Shown here one piece after another: positions 37,005 to 50,425 of a DNA stretch of 64,000 nt. The position numbers and the translations under genes are program-made. The notes under the pieces were generated by a model. The model saw only the letters and a program-made list of their open reading frames with translations. It was not told where the DNA came from and made no database searches. Every line of letters begins with the position of its first letter. Within the stretch, counting starts at the first letter, position 1. The stretch comes from Leucoraja erinacea (taxonomy: Eukaryota), in the NCBI RefSeq assembly GCF_028641065.1, contig NC_073379.1:46996001-47060000 (forward strand), given 5' to 3'.

Positions 37005-38795
37005 CAGTGGTGCAGCGGTGGAGTTGCTGCCTTACAGCGCCAGAGACCCAGGTTCAATCCTGACTATGGATGCTGTCTGTATTTAGCAATGTTACAAAAT
37101 TTTGAGATTTTAAAAACCAAATTCTGCAATTTATCCCATCAGATAAGGCATAAAAAGAAGTTTAATTTGACAACTAATTCACTTTCATGTCTTCAGTATT
37201 AAAAAGGTTATGGGCATTTTCATACTCGGAAATTAGCATCTTGTTCCCTATTGCTTTTCCGTTGGCTTAACACAAAAGCTGTGATCGAGGACAGTCAAAA
37301 GCCCATAACTTTCTTAAAAATCAAGAGAACTGATTGAAATTTTCAGTTATTATAGATTGAAGCTTTCTGAAACAAATATGAAACAATCTTACTTGGATGA
37401 CCTGAAATTAAAGCATATAATTAGTTAATTACCTAATTGTAGTTAATTACAAAATTGACCGTTATGACGGAAATAATAATAAACTCCCAGCGTGCCTTGA
37501 AAATTCAAAAATGTGATATTCACAAGATCAGAACTTTAATATTATTGTATTATATGCTGTAAATTCGTAACAGATACGTAAATAAATTACAATTTCAAGC
37601 AATAGACCGTATTTATGGAGAAGAGCAGTTGCTAGCTAATACATTGGCATATTATAATCAGCAGCATCATCATACTCCTCAGATTGTAACCAATAAGCAA
37701 CTCTGTACACCTTGTTTTTCCTCAACTTTTCAAATTTGGCATTGTAAACTACAAGTTTTTGCTCTTCAAACCACACATGACATGCCTTTCTGCCCACTAA
37801 TTTCCCATTAACAATGTCCTGTAGATTCAATTTCTTAAGAAAATGATATATTTTTTAAATAGCCTAAGTATCCAAATAACAAACTAATCCCATTCACACA
37901 AGAATTCAAAATATAACATGATTTTTAAATCTCACTGTCATGAATTTACATCCCAGATGGAAGGAATTTAATGTTTAATTCCCATAAATTAATATAGAAA
38001 CATCAACCCAAAATATAATCAAATTATTGTTTTTTGCACAATACATGTGACTCAAACTGTTGTGAATATTTAGTTTAAAAATAATTATCATGGAGAGAGA
38101 GAATAACACAAAATATAGACAATTTAGATGGCTTATCTCCAAAAAAAATGGTAATTTTAATCATCTTGCTTCTGGAACGCGATCGATTGGAACGTTGCAT
38201 ATGCAGTGAATTTGAACCCCATATCGGCAGGAAAACCACTGCCAGTTCGTATGGGGCCAAAATCACATTTTCGCTTGATTAAAGGATTGATTAAAGTCGT
38301 CCCAAGAAGCAAGTTTATACGTAAAATAGACGACTTACACCGTGTTTTGTCCTGTACTTGAGACGTTGATGGCGTTAGAAGTCGCTTTTTATTTTAATAT
38401 AATGATTAAATTGTCTCGCGATTAAAAATAAATAAATCGGGAATGGAAGTCGGAACGATTATTCTGCAGCAGCTAGCAGCCCGATGAAATCTGCCTCGGA
38501 CAGGCGGTAGAAAACTTAATTATAATCCCCTCCATCCAAAGGCGCCAAAGTCGAGCACACGGCCAGTAGCAGAACTGCAGCGCCACTGAAGGTAGGTTTT
38601 GTAACATCGCTAATGTATTGAGTTTATATGTTCTTCCTGTGACCGCATGGGTTTTCTCCGGGTGCTCTGATTTCCTCCCATGTTCCAAAGACGTACAGGT
38701 TTGTACTATGGTAGGGGTGATTGTTGGTTGGCACAGACTAGGTGGGCCAAAGGGCATGTTTCCAGGTTGAATCTCTAAAAAACTAAAACTAATCT
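37005..38795 (+). mobile_element. HE1-like SINE split by a DNA transposon
   Basis: Head at 37005-37082; body resumes at 38619. Confidence 0.85.
37083..38613. mobile_element. Unclassified non-autonomous TIR DNA transposon with 5-bp TSD
   Basis: 17-bp TIR TTAGC(A/G)ATGTTACAAAA; TSD TGTAT at 37078-37082 and 38614-38618; protein-like remnant at 37600-37830 on the minus strand. Confidence 0.85.
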
Positions 38796-39144
38796 AAAAA
38801 AATGAATTCACCTCAATATATTTGAAGTTTGCTCACTTGATGCTTGGCATTTCATAACATCATGCCGAGTATGGAGCTCATTTCTGAATACGGACAAAAA
38901 TTGGCTGAAAAATCATGACCTCCAAACAAAGGTTTTCCGACACATTTTCCATTACCTCCCTGATATCTTTTGTACAACTTGACTGTGGTGACCACGATGC
39001 TGAATTGCCTTTCAACACTCAGTATGACAATAATACAGTGACTGTAAGCGCTGGAGGCAGCTGCTATCAGGAAGTGCACACACAAAGTTATTTGGCCATG
39101 ATACACGTTAAAACCACCCTGATTTTTCTATTGAATATAGACAC

Positions 39145-39360
39145 AAAATGTTTTAGTATCAGGCAGCATCTCTCGAGAAAAGGATTAGGTGACCTTTTGG
39201 GTCGAGACTCTTCTTCAGACTGAGAGTCAGGGGAAAGGGAAACTAAAGGTTTGGAAAGGTACAGAATTTGATTCTTAGGTAGTTAAAAATGCTGGAGAAA
39301 CTCAGCGGGTGAGGCAACATCTATGGAGCAAAGGAATAGGTGATGTTTTGGGTCTTGATT
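39145..39360 (-). mobile_element. Two Penelope pLTR fragments
   Basis: GGGTCGAGACTCTTCTTCAGACTGA and AAAATGCTGGAGAAACTCAGCGGGTGAGG. Confidence 0.7.
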
Positions 39361-39783
39361 ACCTTGTATCACAGGAAATTTAGTACCAAATCTCAAAGCT
39401 TCTTCACCTAAATTAATAGTGTAGCTTGTAAGTAGTTGAGGCCGCAGATCTAATTCCTCGAAGGACTCAAATAACTTTGTCAAATATCTTTTCCATTTCA
39501 TAAAACCATATTGATTCTGCTTAATTGTTTGATGATTTTTTCAGTGTCCATCAATAGCTCCTTATTCATGGATCACAACATTTTTCTAAAGGCAGATGTT
39601 AAGATAACAGGCATATAGTTTCTTCCCTGATCACCTTCCTTTGTTAAGTAGAAACATTACACTTTCAGTTTGTCCAGTCTCGGGCCCTTCCAGAACTGAA
39701 GAAACCACAATCAATCCACCTACTATCTCTGCAGCCACTTATTTTAAGATGCTATCGTCCAGATCGATAGCTTCAAGGGACTT

Positions 39784-40424
39784 GGCAAACACAATGCTGG
39801 CATTAATTTAAAGAGGGCTAGAATACAAAAAAAACAGGGATGTAATGCTGAGGCTCTGTAAGGCACTGGTCAGGCCGCTGATCAGGCCAATTGTGAGCAA
39901 TTGTGGGCACAATATCTGAGGAAGGATATGCTGGCCCTGGAGCGGGTCCAGAGGAGGTTTACAGAAATGATCCCAGGAATGAGTGGGTTAACATAGGATG
40001 CGTTTGATGTCACTGGGCCTGGACTCTCTGGAGGTTAGAAGAATGAGGTGGGAACCTCATTGAAACGTAGCTCGTGAAAGTGTTGGATAGAGTGGATGTG
40101 GGGAGGATGTTTCCATGAGTGAGAGAGTCCAGGACTAGAGGTCATAACCTCAGAATTAAAGGGCATTCCTTTAGGAAGGAGATGAGAAGGAATGTCTTCA
40201 GTCAGAGAGTGATGTATCTGTGGAACTCTTTGCCACAGAAGGCTGCGGAGGCCAAGTCAATGAATATTTTTACGGCATAGATAGATAGATTCTTGATTAG
40301 TATGGGTGTCAGGGGTTACGGGGAGAAGGCAGAAGCATGGGGTTGAAAGGGAGAGATAGATCAACCAATGGTGGAGTAGATGATGGGCTGAATTGCCTTC
40401 TTCTGCTATCACTTATGACCTTAT
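39784..40424 (+). mobile_element. HER1-like CR1 3' part inserted into an older antisense CR1 (about 39500-40850)
   Basis: ORF2 C-terminal remnants plus tail; GACTT on both flanks. Confidence 0.8.
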
Positions 40425-40869
40425 GACTTATCAGCATTTGGTCCTATTAATTTGGCTGAAATTCTTTTTCAGTGAGAGTGATAGTTTTACATTGTATTCT
40501 CTATTTTAATCTTGAATTCACTACTATCAATGGGATATTACTGGCTCTGGGAGTCTTCTACTGTAAATAGAGTTTCAAATTATTTGTTTGTACTCTACCA
40601 TTTCTTTGTTTCCCACTACTCATTTCTCTGTACCGTATTCTAAAAGTACTAACATACACTACTTCTTTCATCTTTATTTTAATAATAAGAACGTCTTCTT
40701 ATCTATCTCAATATTTCTCTCATAATCTCTCATCACTCAATTTTTATTTTCATCACCCTTTTCTGTGTCCGAAGATGTTTCTGATTATCAAGGCTACCAT
40801 TCATTTTTGCCATATGGTGCGTCATTCAATATGATACAACCCTTACGGACTTTAATGGATTTGAAGTTA

Positions 40870-41265
40870 ATGGAGAGAACTCAGAAAATTTAGCAAAGAT
40901 TTATCAGAGTGATAACAAAAAGATTTTGCCAGTACATAATCAGAAGAGGTGACAAAACTAGATCTCCTTTCTCTTGAGAAACCAGTCCAAGGAGTGACTG
41001 AACAGAAGTTTTTAAAACGATGAAAAGTTTTGATAGATTGGATGAAAGGAGGATGTATGCACATTTAGAGGCCATGACTCTAAATTGGTCACTGATTTTC
41101 TCGAGTACAGTATTCAGAAGAACAACCTTGACAAATAGACTGGTAAGATTTTGCCACCACAGGAAGAGTTTGAAGAGAATCGTACAGATATGTTTAAGGA
41201 GGAACTTGGGTGGAGCATAAATGCTGATCTGGACTGATATGATTGAATGGCATGTTTCTGTGTGA
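40870..41265 (+). mobile_element. Old degraded CR1 3' end
   Basis: Residual similarity to the CR1 ORF2 C-terminus and tail. Confidence 0.55.
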
Positions 41266-41754
41266 TTAGTGGCTCGCAATGGTAATATATGGAGCGTTTC
41301 CTCTTTGGGATTATTAATTTCTCAATGGAATATACCTTTGCAGAAAATTATGCAATATTTCTTAAAAATCTGCCATTGCTTATCTCTTGTAATGCCATTT
41401 AATCTATTGTCCAGTTGACTTCAGCTGTTTCTGCCTCTGCCTTATTTTCTATTTTTATCTTTATTGGAATTTAAGAAAATCAACCAAATAACAGATTGCA
41501 ATTTAGCGTGTATAGTGTCTGTTCTAGCAGATCTCCTGTGGCTGTTCCTCACAATGAATTAGGTTAGTGTTACTAGAGAAGTGTTGTGGTTTGCAAGTGG
41601 AGAAATCTGTTCAGTTCCTCTGAAATCATTTTCCAGTCATTCTTCCATTGATAATGTAGTGTTTAGATTGATTCCTAAACAGCGAGTTACGATCAGTGGT
41701 AATTTTAACCCGTTACCTGTTGAGAATCTCACCTATTTAATTAACCATTTATTT

Positions 41755-42070
41755 TACTTTGGTTTAGTTTAAAGACACAGTGTGGAAACAACCCCCTTCG
41801 GCCCACCAAGTCCATGCTGATCAAGGATAACCTACAGTATATACTAGTTTCTATGTTATCCCAGTTTCTCATATGACACACTCGAGGTAAATTACAAAAA
41901 ACAATTAAGCTACCACATGTCTTTGGGATGTGGGAGGAGACTGGAGCACCCGGAGGAAACTCACGCGGTCACTGAGAGAACGAACAAATTCCGTACATCC
42001 ACAACCTGTAGTCAGGTCCAAACTCAGGTCTCCAGTGCTGTAAGGCAGCAGCTCTACCAATGCGCCACCG
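41755..42070 (-). mobile_element. HE1-like SINE
   Basis: Reverse complement of the head/body/tail. Confidence 0.85.
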
Positions 42071-44899
42071 TGAAATCAGGATCTTCTCCTGATTTGAATG
42101 CACATTGATGTCTTTGCCCCTGATCATTGATGGATGACTCCTGCTGAAAGTGTGCATGTGTGAGAGAAACCTTAGATGGTGGGAGCTTGAGGAAGATCAA
42201 GTAGCTTGTTGCCATCATATCAAAGAAAAATGCAACCTACTCAGTCCTCCATCTAATTGTTTAAAACACACATGCCCAGGAGGGTCTGCCACAGCCTTGT
42301 AAACCATCCAAAACAACCCGGTTCATCAGCGGGATAACATTTTATTCCCAAGCACTGTCATATTGTCTTTAAACGTAACCTCTTAGAATACCCTTTAAGA
42401 CATTCTTTACCTATTTTATGCTGCTCTGTCGCATGCAGTGATATTTTTGCAAATAAATGGTACATTATGATGAATAAGTAGCTGGTAATAGGGTCATGAG
42501 TGTAATTCATTTTTTTCAGATCTGCTGAGCTTTCAGTCTTTGGTTCTGTGGTTTATAACTTCAGCAGAGGCACTTGAAATGCAGTGATTGCATTTACCTT
42601 CTGTAATAAATGTTATTTCTGTGTAAAATTGCTGAATTGTGGAGGCAGATGGTTAATTTAAAAAAATCTCTGCTATCTGAGCTTGAGCCGGACTTATTTG
42701 CATGGAAGAGAGAATTCCACCAGGCAACTTACTTTATATTGTTTAAAAGCAGGAAACTTGACATGTTGAAGCTGAAAAACCAAAATGAGAGAAAAAAACA
42801 TACATTCAAGATCAGATGGCATTGTGCTGCCTCTTTTATTCCATATGCCCAAATTCTGCATAGCTTGGATTGATGTGAATGCATTCAAGCTGATTTTCTC
42901 AGGATCAGCAGATGTGCATTATCTAGTGCATGGTGTTCGTTTCACTTTGAAGATGACAACATTTCTGTGTGATGGCCGGCACATGCAAGTTCATACGAAT
43001 GCTCGACTTATGTATAGGACCAACAGGCCCATTTGGACGAACAGCGGGATGGAATTGCTGGCTGCTGCCAGGCTGCGGGCATTTTCATCTGTCTGAAAAC
43101 TCGGTACGCAGACACATTACTGACTTGCGAACTGTCCGGATTACAAACTGTTCTCAGGAACTAAACCCTGGTGTAACCCTGGGGAGGACCTGTACCTTGT
43201 TACTCAATTTAATAGTTAGTTAATGAGCCTCAGGTAGCATTTTGCAGTCATTTATAGTTTGGATTCTGAAAGCGAAATCTCACTGTTTGATTTTCCACTC
43301 AATGTTTTTTTGATAGATCATTCTGAAGTTGTATTTTGAAGGTTGAACTAAGGCTTGGCGGCCCAACTCCTCAACACCCTCCCCACATACACACCCTGAA
43401 AATCTACGTGAAACCATTTTCCTACAATTTTACAGCCCTTAGTTCTCCCGATTTTGTCCATTACCCCATTAAGCTAAGTGATAATGCAAGATCAAAACTA
43501 TGTTGGAAGTTTTTGCAAATTAGTGAAATCAGATAATCCTGCAAAATTGGCAGCCACAACTGTACTCTGGAGACAAGATGTGTGTTGAATTCTGGAAGTG
43601 AAAGCCAGATTCAGTGAAGTGAAGTCTGAAGAATGGTCTTGACCCGAAACATCAGCCATTCCTTCTCTCCAGAGCTGCTGCCCGTCCCACTGAGTAACTG
43701 CAGCATTTTGTGTCCATCTTCAATGAAGACATGGTACAAAGCTCATTTCTTTCAAATGTCACTTAGCCTTCAGAGAAAGGAGGTGGGGGATATTGTGTAT
43801 GAAGCAGAAATTATAAAGTCATATCTTACAAAGGGCTAGCTATCCTGTTTTGGGAGTTTCAGCTCGCTAAGCACGTGGACGCCAATTGACACAGTGTGGG
43901 AGCCATTCATACCTGTCTGACTGTAGTGATGTAAAAAGCATTAGAGATCGACACAAAGTACAAAGTGCTGGAGGAACTCAATTGCTTAGGCAACATCTAT
44001 GGAGGAAATAGACAGATGATGTTTTGGGTCGAGACCCATCTTCAGACTAAAACATTCTGATTCCAATATCTGCAATTTCTTGTATCGGCATAAGAGATAA
44101 CGTATGTCTGCCTGACCAAAATTATACCTGCCCACTGCCAGTCTGAGCCCAACCCTAGCCCAAGAGCATCAAATCAGTTCCACTGGGCTCATGAGAGGAA
44201 GGCACATTGTAAGTACTGAGTCTCCATGCACTTACTTAAAAAGGGGAGCCTGACCCTATCCGATCCATATGACCTAACGGCAATAAAGAGAGTCATGGCC
44301 TGTTGAACTTGCCTTGAACAACCAGGCTCTATCAAATTAAAGCAGCAACATCTTAAATTGTTTGATCATTCATTTCTCTTTGTTTTCTATTCTACAAATT
44401 ACAGGACAGATCAAGGCATTATAGCATCTTTAGCCTCAAAACTTTAAATGGGGCACATTTCTTCCACCGTTCCTGTCTCTTGATGATAATCACATCATAT
44501 TAATGAAATACTCCAATTATCCGGCTGCATAAATTAAAATGGAAATATGAAATGTGCTATGAGGGTGGGAAAATCTCAGAAGTTTGCAAAGGTGCAAAGT
44601 TGGCTGTTATAGTGAAAATGCCAGCTCACCATCTGTCCTGTACAGAAGTGCCAACTCCTGGCTTCCAAATAAGTTCAGTTAAATGCACAAATTGGAAAGT
44701 TGCTCTTGATGACATTCTGTTCTTCCACAAACTCAACATAGCCGGTCTATGCAGATGCAGTTACATCGAGAATCAGTAATTTTCTAGCTTTCTGCATTAT
44801 TCTCACAGTGAGCTGTTAAAAATGTTCACCTTTGTAGCTTAATAATTAAAATACGTTTTTAATTGTGTGTTCAGTCATAATTACTGCTGAATTCCTTTT

Positions 44900-45232
44900 G
44901 TTTGGTATTTGTGCACTGTGGGTGGCTTATTTGTAGTCACGTATAGTCTTTCCGCTGACTGGATAGCATGCATCAATAGTTTTACACTGTACCTCAGTAC
45001 ACATGACAATAAAGTAAACTAAACTAAACTGAGCAGTTAAACTGATTCCAGAAATTATGATGTTGCCTCTATTCAGTGACAAATGTGATTAGTGCAGGTG
45101 TCAGAGTTTATGGGGGGAAAAGGCCGGAGAAAGGGGTTAGGAGGGAGAGATAGACCAGCCATGATTGAATGGCAGAGTAGACTTGATGAGCCGAATGGCT
45201 TAATTCTACTCCTATCCCTTATGACTTTATGA
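44900..45232 (+). mobile_element. Rex1-type tail (44900-45030) followed by HER1 tail (45085-45232)
   Basis: CACTGTACCTCAGTACACATGACAATAAA; GAGCCGAATGGCTTAATTCT. Confidence 0.7.
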
Positions 45233-45951
45233 CAAATAATCCAATAATAACTGGTGTTGAGCCTCTGTGCATTTTTCATTGTGCTTGATTGCTGAACCTG
45301 TATGGTGACTTCTTGTTCCTGGACTCAATGGATCCTACACAGATGATACCCAGACTGAAAAGGGAAAAGCTCACTGATGTTTCAAGGTCAGTAGTGAGCA
45401 CAGTTTCTTTACCACTGACCATAAAATCTACTTGATAAATTGTAACTTAGGAAGGGAGTTAAATTACTTTACAAATCTGCATATCTTATGGTGTGTAAAT
45501 ATCCTGAAGAGAATAATGAAAATGAAACAAAGATTAATATTTTGTTTGGATATAATCCTGAACAGAGTAATATACTGCATTTCACATACTGCAGTTTAAA
45601 ATTAGTATGTTTCTGAAATAATTTTAATACTCTGGTGTTTTGCTCTCTTTCACCATTGCTTGGAATTGATAGTATCTTGAATTCAAGTATTCTAGCATAT
45701 TGAAGATGCTGTGAGAGTGCGAGACGGTATTGTTGAAAGTTCAATGATTAGAGGTTAACATCACAACATTACCTTTTGCAAGGAATATTTTCTTTATATG
45801 TGAGATTCTGGGTGTTTTTCTGAATGTGTTACGAACTGCAAATAAGTCTAATTAAAGGAGAAGGAGTATTTTACTTCAACTCAACCTGATGCACTTCATT
45901 GAAAATAATTGTCACAAGATCAACATCGGTAACCAAGCAAATACATTAAAC

Positions 45952-46099
45952 GTTTAAGAAAGAACTGCAGATGCTGGAAAATTCGAAGGTAGACAAAAAA
46001 GCTGGAGAAACTAAGCGTGTGAGGCAGCATCTGTGGATGAAGGGATAGGCGATGTTTCGGGTCGAGACCGTTCCTCAGTTTGAGGAAGGGTCTTGACCC
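45952..46099 (-). mobile_element. Short Penelope pLTR insertion with a small terminal inversion
   Basis: Perfect 12-bp TSD AATACATTAAAC (45940-45951 / 46100-46111). Confidence 0.85.
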
Positions 46100-47460
46100 A
46101 ATACATTAAACATTTCTCTTTCCACAAATGTTGGCTGATCTTCTGATCATGTCCATCATTTTTTGTTTTTGTTTAAGGTTACCAGAATCTTGATTTTCTT
46201 GAGTAACATTATTTATTCACCTGATTCGTCATTATATTTATAAGAACATAAGAAACCACAGAGTCAGGAAGAGGTTAACTAGCCTCTGAAGCCCATTCAA
46301 TAAGACTATGACTGATACAGATTTTCCCTCCATACAATGCTCTTATTCTCCCCATGCCCCTAGAAATCCCTACTGATTAAATGACATCAAACTCTGCCTT
46401 GAACATGTTGAACTACTCTCAGAATTCCAACCCCCCCCCCCCCCCCCCCTTGATAAAATAAATGTCTTGTTTCTCTCTGAAATAGATGACCCCTTCTTCT
46501 TGTACTCCATTTTACATTGTTGAAGTTTTATTAAAGTACATTTCCATGCAACTGGTGCAGCACATATCAGTTGTGAATGCACATCCCAAAGATTTACTTC
46601 AGGCACACTAAAGCCAGTGAAGCGACTGTGGGCAATGGATAACTTGCATTTCAAAGCTTCAAAAAAATGGAGAGTGTGATGTTGTTGGCATGTAGGCTTA
46701 TTGATAGAGATCCGAATGTACACATAGCATCGCAAGCACAATTTCCATCACACTTGTCTTAGTCCATCAGCTTGGTCACCAGTTTTGCAAAGGAGGCTGT
46801 GGACATGGTTGAAGAAACACTGAGCGTGGAAAGAGTACAGATTTTATTTTGGTTAGAAGCATTCAGTCACTTGGAGAAATATTGTTCAGTGGGTTAGCTG
46901 AGTAGAGAGTTGCTTAAATACCAAACTGGGTCTTTTGGTCAGGGATCCTATGAAAGCTACTTGGTCTTGTTCTTCCACCATCTTTCCACCACAGATCTAT
47001 GCTTAAAAGCATCGAAAAGTGAGACAATTGTCATGTCCACCACATGAAGGTAATATCTCATTTTAAAACTCTCCATGATATATGATATAATAATAATGCA
47101 AAAGGAAACAGCTGCAGATCAAATCTTGCAGCTCCAAAACTATTGGCCATCAGTGAGATGCTACAGAATTATGTTCTGCCATAATCACGTGAATCGGCAT
47201 ATCCCTCTTTCCATCATTATCAGTTAACTTAGTCACAAATGTTTATTTGATGATGGATATAGAAGAGCATGCCCAAAACCATATAAGACAGACTGGAAAA
47301 GTAACACTAATTTTGTGAGCCAGCAGCGCTAGTGGCATGAACAGATAGCAAATGTGAAAAAAATAAGGATTTATTTTTCAGTGGAGGACTACGTAGCGTG
47401 GCCACATATATAAATGTTAAAAAAAGAACAGAAGGTGCAAATGGCCTTGTCACCTTAGAC

Positions 47461-47862
47461 CAGTGGTTCCCAACCTTTTTTTGGCCATGCCCCACCTAAT
47501 CACCTCTAAAATCCTGATGCCCCCCCCCCCCCATGTGGTGATATATAATTCTTATCATTTAAAAAGTGAACTCCGTTTCAGCTGAAGAAGCTTAAAACGC
47601 CAATACCTTGGTTTAAATAAGCTTCAAAAGAACATTGTGGTGATTATGTAATAACTACACAATAAAGACCTTTTTTACCCCCAAAAAATTATTTACTCAA
47701 AATAACATCTGAAACATAAACTACATATGTTTATCTGATGGAAAATCCAAAAAAATAAAAATGGAATATTTGGACCCAGACCTCCTCAGTCGCGCTCCAT
47801 TGCCCCCCTTAAAAATCAAATTGCCCCCCTGTGGGGCGTACGCCCCACGTTGGGAACCACTG
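47461..47862. mobile_element. hAT (Charlie-like) MITE
   Basis: TIR CAGTGGTTCCCAAC; 8-bp TSD CCTTAGAC/CCTGAGAT (6 of 8 match). Confidence 0.88.
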
Positions 47863-48650
47863 CCTGAGATTAACTGAGATTATGAAGAATACTAAGGAAA
47901 TGAGCAGGGAGGAAGAGTAGAGATTACAGTGGCCAAAATGTGTAAAGCTAACTTTGCTGACAAAATCTGCATAAGTTGTTCAATATGGGAACCCAATGAA
48001 TTAGAGGGATGATTTGCAAATGGCAATACATAGTTCATTGCGAGACTGTTTTTCATAAATTAAAGTTATTAGCTCATCTGGTTTATTGATGCTTCTCTGA
48101 GAAAAACATATTTCCTCACTTGGTCCTCACTTGGTCTAACCTCTGGTGACCCCAGACTGTGGATATGTTGTCAGGTCGTAATTCTCTTTGAACTTGATTT
48201 TTTCGGAATTATAGTCTAGCAATAAATGGTAATCTTGTCAAAGAAGCTCACATTCCAGGAGGGAATACAATTAAAGATATCCAGAGAAACTGCATGAAGA
48301 CAGATCCCACAAGGATGTAATTCCTGTGCTCCATTAATATCGTTAACAACACTTGTGGGGCCTTTGCTTTTGGCACTATTGATAGGTCATGTAATTCATT
48401 AGCTGATTCAGAAACATGGATAGAGCATTACTGCCAGAACATTTCACCGGCTGTTAATCCAAAACTTTGCATCTCTGGTGAATAGAATTCAATTCCACAT
48501 TTTTTTGGAGTATTTTGCTTGAACAGTGGTAAAATATGTTTAACAGTTAGACATTTCTGAATGGGAAAATGCCAGCCAAGAATGTCATGTGTTCATTCTT
48601 CTGTTGCATTTTAAATTATATATTATGCACTGTTAAACAGATGATATCTC

Positions 48651-49165
48651 TAAATTTTGGAAAAATACAACCACACCAACTGTTAAAATGTGGATTAGGA
48701 ATATGATGGACATAGCACGCCTTGAAGAAATGAGACTCCGACTAATAGATAAATATGACCAATTCTTAAAGAGTTGGTCTCCTTTCATCGACTTTCTGGA
48801 ATCATGTGATGCAGCGGTGCCGTAAGGTTTGCTGATTTCAGTTCATGACGCGGATAGAGCTACATCTCCGAATACAGATTTGAAAAATTCTCTTTTAAGG
48901 GGCCTTCTCTTCTATTTCTACTTTCCTCTTTCTCTCTTCCTTTTTTTATTTTTTATATACACACTTCACGTTTTTCTACTCTCTACCATCTATTTCTCCA
49001 CTTTTTCCCCTTTCTATTGCTTTCTTTTTCTTGTTCTGCTTACTTCTTTCTTATAACATAAAACTAGAGGTTGTACATAGAATGGATTACGTTATTACAT
49101 AGTTGGCACCTAAAATTAGGTGCCACTGTACTGTTTTGTGATGTATTAACTTCTAATAAAATAAA

Positions 49166-49201
<36 letters not shown>
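48651..49201 (+). mobile_element. Young 5'-truncated L1-clade LINE
   Basis: ORF2 end KFWKNTTTPTVKMWIRNMMDIARLEEMRLRL...SWSPFIDFL; AATAAA; about 35-nt pure poly-A; perfect TSD AGATGATATCTC (48639-48650 / 49202-49213). Confidence 0.9.
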
Positions 49202-49204
<3 letters not shown>

Positions 49205-49789
49205 TGATATCTCATGATATTTTTTGTGCAAGTTATTTTCTATGATGCTATTTTTCTGGAAGCCTGATACTGGATTTTGGTTGTTAAAAACATTACGAAA
49301 GCTGAATGTTTTTGTAAACTCAAATGTAAACTCAAATAGTTTATTATCACTTTAACCCCTTTAATGTATTTTTACTCCAAATTCCGGCATCTTTTTGTGG
49401 TACCTTCATTGCTTTTTTCTCCCCTTCAGGATATGTTTCTTAACATTTCTGTGAATGGCAATTTTTCAGCTCCACACATGTCTGGAAGTCATGCATCACT
49501 TTAAGCACATACTTTACATTTGGATTCCTAATGTTTTAGCCCCCGATAACACAAATTTTATCTCTGACCTACTCACCTTTTCATATTTTGTCTCTGACCT
49601 CAAAACTCGATCTCTCTTCGAGCATTTTCCTTCAGCCATGAAGTTATTTCAGAATGTGACCCCATTTTCACACATGCCTCATGTAGGTTGCCTTATTTTC
49701 TTTTGCCTCCTGTTAGTTTCATCCCCTTAACCCAAGCTGTAATTCATCTAATGCCCATTATTAGTTATGGAATAGGGCTCAGGCCACCT

Positions 49790-50425
49790 GACTGGGTGGT
49801 GAAGAATTTGGCATGCTTGCCTTCATGAGGAAGGGTATTGTGTATTGTGTACGAATGTTGGGACATCATTATGCACTTGTTCAAGGTGTTGGTGAGACCA
49901 CATGTGGGGTGCTTTGTGCAGTTCTGGTTGCTATAAGCAGGATGTCATACAGTTAAAAAAGGGACAAAGGAGATTCATGAGGATGTTACTTGGATTTGTG
50001 GGCTTGAGTTATAGGGAGAGGCTGGATAGCCTGTGACATTTTTCCTTGGAGCTTGGGAAGCTAAGAGATAACATTAAGGTGTAGAAGCTAATGAGAAGCA
50101 TGGATGGTGAATGTTCATAATTTTTTCCATGGTTAGAGGATTCTAAATCTAGAGGGCACATGCTTACAGTGAGGGGGAAGAGATTTGAGGGATCTCGGGG
50201 GCAACATTTTTAGAGTGTAGCCCATCTCTGGAATGAGCTGACAGAGGAAGCTATAAAAATGACTTTAAAAAATGTTTAGGCAGATATATTGATAGAAAGG
50301 GTTTGGAGGGACATGGGTCGAAACCAGGCAAATGGAAAGCAGGAAAAAAAAACAGAATGCCATCTTGCTCAGGGTGGACAAGGTGGGCTGAATGGCCTGT
50401 CATGCCTTATTGTTGTATAACTATA
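49790..50425 (+). mobile_element. Degraded CR1 3' part
   Basis: LSYRERLD remnant, WNEL, and tail. Confidence 0.75.
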
